Shown: positions 23,483 through 36,000, counted from the whole stretch's first letter. The stretch: DNA of 61,178 bases, filler included, from Sphacelaria rigidula (GCA_964200075.2; 2 parts of 2 records of this genome joined end to end with filler, not necessarily neighbours in it), one strand, 5' to 3'. A program made the numbers and translations. Notes: generated from the sequence alone by a model not told the origin.

Positions 23483-25948
23483 ATGGCGTCTTGTTACGCC
23501 ACTCTCACTGCGAGAAGGTCCGTGCGTGCCATCGTGCAGTTGTCGGGCTTCCCAAGGTTGACAGGCCCCGCTGCCCAAGGGCAGACCGTCAGGATCTCGT
23601 ATGCCCGGCGTTGCGGGGCGCGCGAGGGCAACATACTTGTTGGCGACGTGGCAGACGTGACGGAGCACGACAGCCAGACATCTACGCCGACACATTCGAA
23701 ACAGAGTGAGGGCAGGGGATCGGAACGACCGCCAGGTGTGCGTGAAGATAGGAGGGGGGACAGAACAGGTGGGGTGGCAACTTCGACGGAGTCGGAGGCG
23801 GGACGGTTCGAGAGAGCGGCTAATGCAGGGTCAGGAGATTTTGAAGCGATATCCAAAGGGGGCATTCATGAGTCGGACGGCTTCCCCGAAGATGTAGGGC
23901 CGCCGCGCGATGTGGATGTCATGGGCCTACGGGTAGGGGAGGCAGGGGTCGGTAGTATTGTGAAGCCGGCAGATGATTTGTATGTGTCCGATGAACTGCG
24001 TGTGCATCAATCTGCGATTATGCAGAGCCTAATTCGTGCGCGTGGGGAGAAGAATTGGATGGGTGCGGAGCAGATCTTGAAGCACGCTCTCGTGCACCCT
24101 GAGTGGAGGTTGCTCGTGCATGACAAGATGTACGGCGCAACGATAGCGGTGTTCGCGAACTGTGGAAAATGGCAATCAGCGCTCGAAGTGTTGGATACCA
24201 TGGCATCGAACGGATCGTACCCAAACGTCATCATCTATAACTCGGTCATCCAAGCGTGTTGCAACGGTGGCCAGTGGAATCGTGCCGTGGAAGTTCTGAA
24301 GAGGATGCAAACCGAGGGCACTGCGCGCGACGCCGCTAGTTACCACTTGCTCTTGAAAAAATGTTCCGAACAAGGCCATTGGGAGCAGGTTTTGGATATC
24401 TTGCAGCAAATGCGGACGGAGGGTTTGGTGCCGCACGTATCAACTTGTCACAGTGCCATTCACGCGTGCGGTCGCGCTCACCAATGGAAGCAAGCTTTGG
24501 GTGTTTTGGGGCAGATGCAGGACATGGGCACCGCTCCCAATATCATTACCTACAACAAAGCGTTGAAAGCATGCGGGAACCGTGGCCAATGGAAAAGCGT
24601 GCTGCGTCTATTGGAGACTATGAAGAAGGGCCCTACCCCCCCCGATGTGGTGAGCTACAATACGGCAATCAAGGCTTGCGGTGGCGCGCGCGTGTGGAAG
24701 CATGTTTTGAGTCTCATGCGACATATGCGGGAGGAAGGTATCGCCCCTGATGTGGTAACCTACAACACGGCAATGAAGGCGTTCGGGGACGCCGGCCAGC
24801 TCGACAGAGCGTTGGGATTTTTGCAACAGATGCAAGTCGAGGGAATAGCGCCTAACGTCATCACCTACACGACGGCTATCAACGTGTGCAGAAGAGGTGG
24901 CCGATGGGAGGAGGCGGTGGAACTATTGGTGAACATGCAGGCGGCAGGAGTTGTCCCAAATCTAGCTACGTACAACTCGACAATGGGCGCCTGCGGAAAC
25001 GGCGGCAACTGGGAAAAGGCCTTGGACATCTTGAAGCAGATGGAGGCCCACGGGGTAGAGCCAGATCGCGTGAGCTACACTAGCGCCATCAGGGCGTGCG
25101 GCACGTGTGGCCAATGGGAGCTTGCGTTGGATCTATTGCGGAAGATGAGATCTGCAGGGGTTCCGCCACACCTCTCGACCTACAACGTGGCCGTGGCGGC
25201 CTGTGGGCGGGGCGGTGAGTCGAGTCGTGCTTTTGAGCTTCTACCGCAGATGCGAGAAGACGGCATCGCGCCCGACCTTGCGTTGTACACCACACTTATG
25301 AGCGCATGCTTGGAGAACGGCCAATGGGAAGCGACGTTGGACATTTGGCGGCAACTGCTCGCCGAGGGTATCAAACCTGACGCTGTGGTGTACAACAGGG
25401 CCATGGAAGCGTGTCAAGGTCGAGGGCGATGGGAGCAAGCTCTGGATTTGCTTCGGCAAATGACAGCACAGGGTATCAAGCCCAATCCGAAGACCTACGA
25501 GGCGGCTATAAAAGCCTGCGGACAAGGCGATCAGTGGGAGCACGCGAAAGATCTGTTGTGGCAGATGAAAGAAGATGGTTTCGTGCCTGGAGTTACCGAG
25601 TTCAACACGACGATGGCACTGTGTACACAGCGTGGTCATTGGGAAGAGGCCTTGGAATGTTTTGATCTTCTGCTAGAGACACGGACGACGGGCAACAAGC
25701 CTAATCCATCGAGTTTTAAGCTAGCCTTGGATGCCTGTGCGGTCGGGTGTCAGTGGGAAAGAGCCGTCCATCTTTTGGGGGAAGTCCCACCTGATGTGGA
25801 TAGCTACAATAGTGCCATCGTTGCATGCAGGAACGCTGGTCGGGGGGATAGAGCTCTTCATGTGTTGCGACAGATGGACGTCGCTCCCACAGTCACCAGT
25901 TTCAACGCCGTAATATCTGCTTTCGGGCAAGATGGGCGGGCGAGATAG
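23483..25948 (+). CDS. P-class PPR protein, about 821 aa, single exon, tandem paralogue of the upstream PPR gene
   Basis: About 17 PPR repeats plus a partial one (e.g. DVVSYNTAIKACGGARVWKHVLSLMRHMREEGIAP). The ORF track starts at 23252. I prefer the in-frame ATG at 23483 (MASCYATLTARRSVRAIVQL), which gives a presequence-like N-terminus and follows a C-rich leader like that of the first PPR gene. The start is uncertain. Confidence 0.93.
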   Translation: MASCYATLTARRSVRAIVQLSGFPRLTGPAAQGQTVRISYARRCGAREGNILVGDVADVTEHDSQTSTPTHSKQSEGRGSERPPGVREDRRGDRTGGVATSTESEAGRFERAANAGSGDFEAISKGGIHESDGFPEDVGPPRDVDVMGLRVGEAGVGSIVKPADDLYVSDELRVHQSAIMQSLIRARGEKNWMGAEQILKHALVHPEWRLLVHDKMYGATIAVFANCGKWQSALEVLDTMASNGSYPNVIIYNSVIQACCNGGQWNRAVEVLKRMQTEGTARDAASYHLLLKKCSEQGHWEQVLDILQQMRTEGLVPHVSTCHSAIHACGRAHQWKQALGVLGQMQDMGTAPNIITYNKALKACGNRGQWKSVLRLLETMKKGPTPPDVVSYNTAIKACGGARVWKHVLSLMRHMREEGIAPDVVTYNTAMKAFGDAGQLDRALGFLQQMQVEGIAPNVITYTTAINVCRRGGRWEEAVELLVNMQAAGVVPNLATYNSTMGACGNGGNWEKALDILKQMEAHGVEPDRVSYTSAIRACGTCGQWELALDLLRKMRSAGVPPHLSTYNVAVAACGRGGESSRAFELLPQMREDGIAPDLALYTTLMSACLENGQWEATLDIWRQLLAEGIKPDAVVYNRAMEACQGRGRWEQALDLLRQMTAQGIKPNPKTYEAAIKACGQGDQWEHAKDLLWQMKEDGFVPGVTEFNTTMALCTQRGHWEEALECFDLLLETRTTGNKPNPSSFKLALDACAVGCQWERAVHLLGEVPPDVDSYNSAIVACRNAGRGDRALHVLRQMDVAPTVTSFNAVISAFGQDGRAR

Positions 25949-26301
25949 ACCCTGGTCGTGTGATGAAATGCACGTCCATTCTCGTACTAATAGAGTTTTA
26001 GTGTACACAGTAAACCCGTTCTTTCTTCCGCGCTCCTAGTGAATCGTGTTTTGTTGTGTCACCGGTTCATGGTTATTTTTCTTCGTCGTTCCGAAGACCT
26101 ATGAACAAGCATGCGCCGCGAGAGCAATGTGCCGGAGAACCGCACCAGAGTCGGTTGGAGCTGGAGAACAAAGGTGTTGGCGATATGTGGGCAGTGCAGG
26201 CGAAATACGGCGGACAATGTTTTTGCCAGCGTGCACTTTTCGCCTGCCGACTTCCTTCCCAAAACTGCAAGGCATTTCTCATCACGGGCGATACGCGCAC
26301 T

Positions 26302-26667
26302 TGTGTGTGTGTTGTGTTTTCTTCCCGTCTATTCTGGACGCCAGTCTACACCTTTCGGTATATGTGGAAGCACCAGGCGGAGTCACACAGGAGTATGACC
26401 AACACAAGAGTTTTATTTAACGTCATCTTTTGTTACAGTCCTCCACCTTATGCGGTGCTTGCCTTCTTTTTTTTATCGAGAGAGGGGTTCAGCACTCCCT
26501 TCCCTCGTCGACCATGAAGTCGAATTGTGTGTGACCACGACATGGTCGCTCTCCACTGTTGGGCTCTGTGAGGAAAATTTCCAGATCGTGTGACTGCACC
26601 GAGATTCGAACCCACGACCCAACCGCTAGAAGGTTTCGAGGTTACCAACTGAGCCACCGGGGCGACC
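26302..26667 (-). mobile_element. tRNA-derived SINE, family 1, copy A
   Basis: Minus strand begins GGTCGCCCCGGTGGCTCAGTTGG (A box) ... GGGTTCGAATCTC (B box) and ends in a (CA)n tail; colinear with 48058-48422. Confidence 0.88.
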
Positions 26668-29600
26668 GGTTGTATTTGCCAGCGTTTTTAGCCAGCCCAA
26701 GAGCCGTGTGGAAATCATGAGGGATGTTACCCGGTTCACGGATGGGCATGTGTGTGAGAAATTCGGTTTCCCGCTAGGTCTAGAGCTGAGAGCGTCAAAT
26801 TTGCACGGGTGGTTACACTGCTGGTATACGTTATCCGCGTTTTGGAGCATTCTTAGGTTATGATTCGTCATGAATGAGTTGAGAGACGCGCGTGTACAGC
26901 CGAATCGGGTTTGTGATTGCACCTCCTTTGGTGTCGTGTGACCGTTGTAAGTCCGTGTATATCCTCGGACATCCGTTTTGCAACCCGGTTCGTTCTCGTT
27001 CTACGCCTCCTGTTTAACGTGCCGATATCCTACCGGCGTTCCAAAATCCGGATGATTGATGCCTCGATAGCCCGCCTCCCGCCGGAAAAGTCGCTGGGTC
27101 GAGGAGGCAAAATCTACCTAATCATGAAAATGGCAAAAGCAGCTGGTAACTCCTACGCTTGGGATCGTTTTCGCCAATATTCGCTCATATGAGGCGCTTC
27201 ATGCAATCTGAACTCATTCATCATGTGGTGTATGGCTAATTTCTTGGTGACATTTTTGGCGCTGGTTTGGGGTGGGGCGGGGGGAGGGGGGGGGGCTATC
27301 GTGGCACCACTTGGATAATGTGTACACCAGCGGCCATCTGTGTGTACCCGGTTCAAAGACGGGTGACGATATGAGAGCTTGCCTTGCACGTGAAGAACCT
27401 TGCAAAATTGCTCGCTGCTGCAGGTCGTAGTTCAGCGGGGAACAAGCAGTGGCGGCGTTTTATTCTTGTAAAACATATTTTGTAGAATTTGTCTGACAGT
27501 GTGGTGTTGCCACATGACGCAGTCAACCCGGTGCGACGGCCTTTTGTACCCTCTTGACGAAGTTGATGTCGGTACCGCCGTGCCTGCTGGTTTTGTGTAC
27601 CTTACTTGGCTTTGGGAATGTGAACGAGAGCTAACATGCAATGCAGCAGACCAATTATCAAGGAACGTATGTCGCCGCGCTCCGGTGATGTAAATTAAAA
27701 TGGTCCGAGCGTGACCATTAGGGCGGAGAGAACGTGGGTACGATTGATTCCCGATGCGTTGGGTTTTTTGCAATTACGTGCACCTTCAGCACAACAAACA
27801 CATGCCGGCACACAGGTGGTAACGTGAGCACCCTATTATTGGGACGCGTGACGCAGCTCACCACATACCGTAGGAACACGAAATCCGAACCCAGTTGGGC
27901 CTGAACTCGCTCGATCTCGTTGATCCTCCCGCCGTGCCTCACCGAGACCGCGAGCGATTGGTTCTCGAGAATGATCCCTACCGTAGTCGACCTTCAGGGC
28001 AAGGGTATTCATTCGAGCTAGCTCGCAGTTTCCTTAAAGGCCGACACCCTCAAAAGATGAACCTGAGTGTACTTTCTCCTTTCCATTTTCTTGATGTTGT
28101 CATTTTGCACCCCTCCTCTTCCTTGGGACGAGTCCGTGCTCTCAAAATGGATCAACCTCTATGCTCTCCCGCGGTGCACGCCCTACATTTTCGTATCGCG
28201 GATTGGATCACGATCAGCACTACTTGTACTACTACTCCCCCACGACACCCCGCCGACTGTCGTCCGACAAACTCAGTCAAACATATTCGTTTTTGTGCTA
28301 TAATACATACTTTCAACGATGGAAACGAGATACCCCCAAGAAAAAATCACTTTAGAACTAGACCCATCTGGCAACAGTCGAACCCGCATCCTTCCCGCCC
28401 TTATGGTATCAGTTGTACAGTTAGACCCCCGGGGTGCGGCGGTACTAAAATTCCACAAAGAGGGAGTGATGCCGAAAACCAGCCCCAAAACGTGTCACGA
28501 AGACATTGACCATACAGCGTATGATAGTTGGTTCCAGACTGCGTAGAGCGCCTCATATGGGCGACATTGGTGAAAACTTATGCCATTCCTTCGCGAAGGG
28601 CAACTCCCGATCCTCCGGATCCTAATCTGTCACGCTACGCATAAAGACTGCGCCCCAAGAAAAAACGACACACATACACACACAGGTATACCGTTTGATC
28701 CGCGAAAATATCACGGACTCCTACTATACAAACATTCGTACACATCAAAAAACAAGCCCCGGACGCTCGTTTCGTGTCGGCAGACACGACATCGATTTAC
28801 TGGACAATGACACCGGTTCCTTCGCAATCATCGCTTCACCATAATCTCCGCATACAAAACACAAAAGTCAAGAGACAAAACGCATTGCGCTGGCACGCAT
28901 GCACCCTCGTGGAATGAACCACAGGGAAGGACCCAGGTTGTTGACCATGGTTCGTACACGTACGTTTACGTAGTGCAGGTGAAAAAATCTCAGCCATGGG
29001 CAGGGATGAGGACACCGGTGGCCTTCGAGTTTGGGTACAGCACAAGGAATGAAGCTACGAATTTAGGAGAGAAACCAGCCAAGGAAAGCAAGATCCCCGA
29101 CACAAAACCAATTTTGACACGGCAATTTTGAAGTTACTGTGTAGAGAATACCTTAACGATACGCTCCTTAAATCATGATCCAGAGATCCAGAGAGACGTT
29201 CCTCGAAAAGTCCGTACACATTCATGTCCCAGGGGTTGCGTATAACATTACCGTTTGTTGAATAAATCTACATCTAGCGGTACCGGAAGTATCTAAAACA
29301 CCAGCCCATCGTGGAAGAAGACACACCAGTACAGCACACTCCACTAAACCTGCATAAATATAAATATACGATGCAGTTATTTTCCAATACAAGAGGGTTC
29401 AAACAACTACGAAATCGTTCGTGGACAGAAAACCGCACAAGCAAGTTTCGAAAAAAAAAAACGCTAAAAAATCAACTCAGATCCGAACGCTCAGAGTTCA
29501 GAAAAAAAAATAACGACAAATGCGAGGAAGCAAGTGTTTTTGTTGTTTTTGTTGTTTTTCAATTGTTTTCACACCCTGGACAATAGAATACACAGTCAAA

Positions 29601-29722
29601 AAGTGTACTGCGTACGGTATCGACTATTGCGCCTACTGCAACAGCCAATAGATTCCATACTGTACGCAGTACATCTTTTTACAATAAAATCTCTCGTCCA
29701 GGTTGTGATTGTTTTCAGGTGA

Positions 29723-29941
29723 TTAAAGCTCCTTGGTAGTGCGACTTGCTCTCTCTGCTTCCCGGATCTTGTGTTGCCGCATCCTGTCTTCTCTTTCGAC
29801 CCTGGACACGTCCTTCTGAGACACCTCCCACGAATCCTCGGGGGCGAAGTGCACGAAGATGTTGGAAAACGCATCACCCTCAAACGGTGTCGGCCGACCA
29901 TGCAACACGCTTGCGCTCTCGTAATAGATTATCTCTCCCGG
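29723..29941 (-). CDS. Terminal exon of a putative 2OG-Fe(II)-dependent oxygenase; 5' exons not visible
   Basis: After the acceptor ...ttatccag the frame reads PGEIIYYESASVLHGRPTPFEGDAFSNIFVHFAPEDSW...RTTKEL*. The PG-x4-ES-x3-LHGR segment matches the distal His/beta-strand region of 2OG-Fe(II) oxygenases as I recall it from stramenopile proteins. Stop TAA at 29725-29723. Confidence 0.75.
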   Translation of the reverse strand, partial: PGEIIYYESASVLHGRPTPFEGDAFSNIFVHFAPEDSWEVSQKDVSRVEREDRMRQHKIREAERASRTTKEL

Positions 29942-30073
29942 CTGGATAAACGCGGGGGGGGGGGGGGGGGGGGGATGCGGGAAAAGTACGAAGAAAAAGC
30001 GGGGGGGGGGGGCGTCAAGATCGACAAGCTCTTCGGCCGCACNNNNNNNNNNTGTGTGTGGTTGGTGGCCGTG

Positions 30074-30122
<49 letters not shown>

Positions 30123-30612
30123 AGATAGTGAAGATAGTATCAATGAAGCACGGGGCAGGGGAGGGCAAGTACTCATGATATTGCATGCCGTAGCCATACG
30201 ACATTTGACCTCGCATCCCTACAAAGCCGGGACGGAGCACGCAGGGTTTTCGCCGGACCAGGCTCGCAATCAATCGCAAAGCGCGAAGCGCCGCGATGTG
30301 TTCGGCGAGTCGCACGAAGGGTAGGCTGCATGTTGCTGAGATTGTTCGGCCCGAAGCGTACTAATTACACACTGCAACGAGTTGCTTCATTTCCTGGTAT
30401 CGCCACTTGCAGAGACAGCCATGGGCTACGCTGCCCGATGGGTGCCTTACAGGGAGGGGCGAAAACAGGGACAATTCGATAATCAAGTGCACAAAGTATC
30501 GACATGTCTACGCATGAAGACACGCGCTGTGTCATCGCACAAACAGTACTGGAGAATGACTTCACCGACCCCGGTTCGTTTCAGCGTTCTCGAATTCAAC
30601 CCTTGTCCCGAA

Positions 30613-30712
30613 NNNNNNNNNNNNNNNNNNNNNNNNNNNNNNNNNNNNNNNNNNNNTTAATTAATTAANNNNNNNNNNNNNNNNNNNNNNNNNNNNNNNN
30701 NNNNNNNNNNNN
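30613..30712. other. Scaffold gap with artificial TTAATTAATTAA six-frame-stop linker
   Basis: 44 N + TTAATTAATTAA + 44 N; true gap size unknown. Additional 10-N gaps at 30043-30052 and 51164-51173. Confidence 0.95.
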
Positions 30713-30982
30713 CCAAAAAATGGGCATCCGGAGATATTTTATACCTCTTGACAAATTTTGAAAGAAATATTATCTGAGATCAATAATGAGTGACTTACGG
30801 GCTTGACCGATCTTCGCGGGTCCTGCGAGAATACGACCCCAGACTCTAGCTTTTCGGTATTTTCGGTGGACCGACTCGATCCGGATCATATAAATGAAGA
30901 CGCAAAAAAGATTGTATTTTTTCAAATTCCACCTAGTCACTGCGATAAAGCCGGAAAACTATGTTTCTTGGCCCATTTACGT

Positions 30983-31470
30983 TCAATAACACCCTCCTGA
31001 TAAACGGGGTCTTTCCTCCGTATCGCTCCCACAACGCCAACTTGGGCACTGTGATTTGAGCACGGTCTGCTTATTTTGCCAAAACTATCGACGCTAGCAC
31101 TTTCGAGTGCTCATGGAAAATATAATGCGAAAAAACTCGAACAGTACGCCATCCGCAGAAAATGCTAGACTGAGTGAGGTCTGTGCAGTATAGGAGGGAA
31201 ACACGATCTTGATCGTTATTGTGAAGAATGTTACACGTATTCATTTATCTGAATGTTTACCGTTTCGTCGCTGAAGAGCGGAAAAACTGATTATATTGAA
31301 CCAAAAACGGTCAATAACACCCTCCGGATAAACGGGGTATTAAGTCCGCATCGCCCCAAGAAAACCAACTTGAGCACTGCAGTTTGAGCGCGGCCTCCGC
31401 TTTCTCCCTAAATCTACCGGCGCTAGCACTTTCGAGTAGTAGTGAAGAATAGCACTCCAGAAAAACTAAA
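30983..31470 (+). repeat. Imperfect direct duplication of about 155 bp (30983-31140 and 31311-31470)
   Basis: tcaataacaccctcc.gataaacggggt ... gctagcactttcgagt occurs twice, 328 bp apart. Confidence 0.85.
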
Positions 31471-32204
31471 AAAAATAGAACAACTACGAATTCTGAAAAC
31501 TTCTGATGCTCACCACTATTGTGGATCATGGCAAAGTCCGACCAAAAGAGGCGAAGCGACGTCGATAAACAGGTTCGCTTTTTTCACGATTAAAAAAATG
31601 GAACAGTTCTCAGTGTGTGGACTGGGAAGAAAATGCGATGCGCGGCGGTGCATCGCCGAACGATACCGTGCGGGTACCTATTCCCGCAGCTGTTCCACAG
31701 ATCAATTCGCTCTTTGATAGAACAGATCATGCGGGGGTACAGCTCTAGCATCTCCAGTAGCGCGCACGTCCCTCCCGAGTCGTTTTTCTATGAGCATGGC
31801 GCTTATGGGCGGCATACCTTAGGCCTGAAAAGTGTGGGCGGGGGTGCGAAAGCGATATTTCTCCTGTAGGTGAAATCCAGACAGACCCTTGTTTTTTCCT
31901 GGACAATCAAGGGGGTATAGACACCCACGTTGTTTATCGACTCCTCCGTGTAGCCTACCACAGCGGAGGATTTTAACGTCATTAATCATTTTCGGTTCTA
32001 TTATATCATCGTTTTTTACGGCGGACTACGAGCGCCTTGTATTGTTTCAGACGCTGAACCGAGTTGCTTTTTTTTTTATCATATCCCTTGAAAATATACG
32101 AGTGTCTCATTCGGTAATCCTGTATCAAAACGTTTATGTATGACGGTGCATGTAATCTATCCTGTGTCTGCCTGCCGTTGTGACTGGCGGAAAACCGAAC
32201 GAAG

Positions 32205-32347
32205 GAGTCGACAAGGGAGGACAAGAGGTGTCGACGGTGGTGTGTGCCGTGTCCAAGTTGGAACGGTGCTGCCGGCGTTGCATCCGTCTGGCAGTCAAAT
32301 TCTCCGAGGAACTGAAACAACAGAATATGCTCAAAGCTTGCGAGCAG
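32205..32347 (+). CDS. DNA polymerase A exon (end of vestigial exonuclease region); acceptor position uncertain
   Basis: Reads (G)VDKGGQEVSTVVCAVSKLERCCRRCIRLAVKFSEELKQQNMLKACEQ, donor cag|gtgggt, joining in phase 0 to VEMP. Comparable to Pol I 'L...L...L..VFENIEMP'. Confidence 0.7.
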
Positions 32348-32983
32348 GTGGGTACGAAGGGAACTAAAACCCATCATTATTGCTTCGTAATGGTATTCTT
32401 TTCATAGCGGAAACTATAGAGTCGTGAGCTTTTGTTTTTTTCTCTGCAACGTGAGGCTGCGAAACTGTTTTTGATTGCAAGTTTAGGGTGTCGACGTGAC
32501 TGCATGGCGAGAAATAGTAAGTCCGAAGCAGAAAGCTTGCACAAAACGTTCTGCGGAAAAATATGTGCCCCGAGCATGAATGAATATAATACGTAGCACG
32601 GCGTTTTTGCGAAGACGCGGTCACTGGGTTGCAGGCATTACATTCTGGTGTTGGTGGTCAATGGTAGACCCCCCCCCCCCCATTTTGACGCCGGGAATTC
32701 TCACCATACCAACAGCCCTTCATATGCTTCATTTAAAACCGAACGGCGAAGTAAAACCAGACGTCCAGCGAGAAGCGTCAGAAACCTGTCAACGACCTGG
32801 ACGTGCACGGTCACGACCTACGCATTTGTGGCATTCTTGGCCTGTATTCGTGGGGCGTGTGAAGCCTGGTCGTACCACACAGCGAAGGGTGCCGAATAAT
32901 AACGTAACCATTCCATTCCATAGTCCGAAGAGGGCGACAAAACTCCAAGAAGTTGTCATGAAATTCGGGGGGTTCCGAATTAC

Positions 32984-33036
<53 letters not shown>

Positions 33037-36000
33037 CTCTGCCGCCGCTACTTCATGTCCCGACTCCGGATCTTTCATTCTGTGTAAACAAACGAAAACA
33101 TGGAACATTTTTTGGCGATATACCGACTTTCCCTGCTCACTCCTGCCGTAATATGCATATACTGTATACATGTACATGTTACACTCAAGGTGGAAATGCC
33201 GGCCATCCCGGTGCTCGCTGAAATGGAGGTGTGCGGCGTCGTGTTTTTGCCCGAGAGAGTCACACGATTCTCGGAAGCGCTAGGCCTGCACCTGGACGGA
33301 CTGCGCAGCGCTGCGATCGCGGCGGCGGGAGGAAAGGAGTTCAACCTTGCCTCCCCCGACCAGGTATATCACAGCTGGCTTTTGTATTCCAGTGAAATAC
33401 AATAGTGCTGCAAGGCAGATTGTGTGCTTGAAAAGAACTGAAGATATACCGGATGCAATGCATCGTACTTGTAGATTTAGTTGGTGCATCAGATTATTTC
33501 CGGCAGACGACTGCGTTCAAGTATTGATGGTAATGCCCACTGCACAATGAAACGGTCACGCTATTCGGGTGCAGTGAATAGCCCTCGCCCCACGAGACGT
33601 GGTGCAAGAAAAATGCATATGGCAACCACCAGTTGACTTTGATAAAAACCTACGTGTGATGCGTGACTAGCAGCACAGGTGCTTCACGGACAATTTCACC
33701 GCTTCCAACGTTTCCGAGATTTGGTTGTCCGGGAAGTTGCTTTTTTCGTCTGACCGCGAGACCGCTGAGAAAACATAGGGAACAAAATATGACTTTCTTT
33801 TCCGTACACCCGGGAAGGACATCTGTGTTCCCCTCTTTTCTTCTATTCGTGGACCATGATCAAGATGTAAATCTTGCTGCAAAACGAGAAAACCTTACTT
33901 GTTATCCCCGGGCGTACTGTCGTTACGCTGCTTGCGTCTGAACCCTGCAAACGAGATCTCTCCTCCGGCGGTGGGTTTTGTGGTTTTCCAATACCCTCCG
34001 GGCTGACGTCTTGAGGCCGCCGATGACTGTGCGCACTACCAATATTTGGCTGTCCTTTCTAGCTGAAAAATATAGAGAGCAGAAAATATGGCGTATGCGG
34101 TTTAATACTTCACTGGGTGTCTGATTGGCCGCCTGTACGCATCCGAATCGCACCCATTCGATTTAATACCAGGTAGCGGATCTGCTGTTCAAGACCCTCC
34201 AGCTACCGGCACCCCCTGTCAAGGTTAGTAGGCACCCGAGGCAGCTAACCGTCCTCTCCGTTGTTCCTGTTTGTCTGTTTCCAAGAACGAATGCTATTTC
34301 GGACATTGACGAATTCGGCATTCAAGAAGTTCCCTCCTTTATTTCTCTTCACCTCCCGCAATAATTGTCATCGCAAGTGATGTAAGTATATCAGTATGTG
34401 CTGCGTTGTAGATCGTAGGGGAATAGAGAATATGAGGTATGCCCTGCAGATTCAGGAATAGAAAAGTTTAGCGCACTTTTCGGTTCGAGGCACCGCGCTG
34501 CACGCGGTCTGGGCACCTCCAAAAACACTTTCCAGCGCCCCCACCACATGCCCAACGTGGTTGGAGAGCACGCCCAACTTTTTTTATCCATCGCCGCAGG
34601 CTTTTCTAGGGCGCGGAGAAAGAGATCTTGTTAGAGCACCCTACTTGTCAACGAATCGGCCGGGTTTACCTGACTTTCAGCTACAAAGTTATGTCGTACC
34701 CGATTTTGTTTTCACGCGTACCCTTTTATCTTGTTTGACGCACACCCTGCATTCCCGTTTTTGTTCAATGGTGACCCTGCTGCAAGCGCCGCAGTGAATA
34801 CCCAAATATGACCGTTTTTGTATACATACACTTTTGCCGAAACCACCGGAAGCCCGACGACCAAGAAATCTTGGCCTGCTTCTGGTTACACCGCAGTCCT
34901 GAAAGATCCGACGATGTGCAGAGGTCATGACCGCTTTTTCTGCGGGACATCACAACGATCCAAAGAAGTGTGGAAAGCCTTGCCGTCACCAGCACGCACG
35001 CACATCATGTGGAGGATCGCAGCGTAGCGGTATCTGACAGCTGTGGATCCGGGCGAATCGTTACCAGATGCAGCTGCCAGGAGTTGGAAAAATATCGTCA
35101 AAGAGAAAACAGGATACGGTCGCCCGCCTGCTGTACGCCTGGATTTGTTTGTCCGCGTTCTGTCGACCCTCTCTTTGCAGTATAGTTTGTCCCAGTCCGG
35201 AGCCATGCTATCCACGGTTGATATTACTTGATTTGAATGTGGACACCGCGAATCGGACCTTCATTGGGGCTGACGGTCCCGAGTGCTTCATAGCGTGCGC
35301 AGAACGCGGTTATGCCCAAACAGGTGCCGCCGGCGACGATTTGAGGTCTTCCAACGCGCACTTTGCATAGGGCATTCTTAGGATTCTTCTCGCCCGAGGG
35401 GTCTTGGTATTCGACAAGTTGAACGGCATGAGTGAAGCGTGAAGTGGGTTGCACGACACATGTCCCACGATATAATCAGGTTCACACTGGTTACACGAGG
35501 CAACACAGCGCGCGATCACAACCCGATTTCATTCTGTACGCACGTCTTTGAACCCATCCATTACGTACCATGACTTGGAGATGCTCAAAAGTGCGGATAA
35601 CGTGTACCAGCGACCATCCGTGCACCTCCTTTTGTTGTTGGGGGTTGACCGGGTTGATGATTCCCGCAAGGATGAAGTGGCAGCGGCGCTGCCGCGCTGG
35701 TGCATAACATCGCTCGTGTGGAGCACCGACATGGTCTCAATGCGGTGTGACGCTTGGTGCGTTGCTACCTTCAACGTACGAAATGTTGATGAACACTTGC
35801 CCAGCAGTACATCCGATGATGCGTAATTCGATTCGTTTTTTCCTTCAACCCGATCGCTGATAGCTGCATATGGTAACGATTCGTCCTGGTCCACACGTGT
35901 TAGATGCCGCTACGCTGTGATCCTCCCCATGATGACGTGCGTGCGTGCGGGTGAAGGCAGGGCTTTCCACACTTCTTTCGATCTTTGTGATCTCCCGCAG

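Noticed and set aside
18794-25913. Antisense and alternate-frame ORFs over the PPR genes
   Set aside because: Shadow ORFs of GC-rich coding sequence with no recognisable motifs.
27895-28509. 204-aa ORF
   Set aside because: Non-ATG start and runs through a copy of repeat family 2; no protein motif.
29945-30125. Poly-Gly/poly-Pro ORFs and G-quadruplex-like runs (also 51100-51290)
   Set aside because: Homopolymer tracts abutting 10-N gaps; low-quality contig ends in introns.
30657-30668. TTAATTAATTAA palindrome
   Set aside because: Centred in an N run; an artificial scaffolding linker.
32580-33221. 213-aa ORF with poly-Leu
   Set aside because: Produced by the intronic (CTG)16 tract; overlaps a real exon in another frame.
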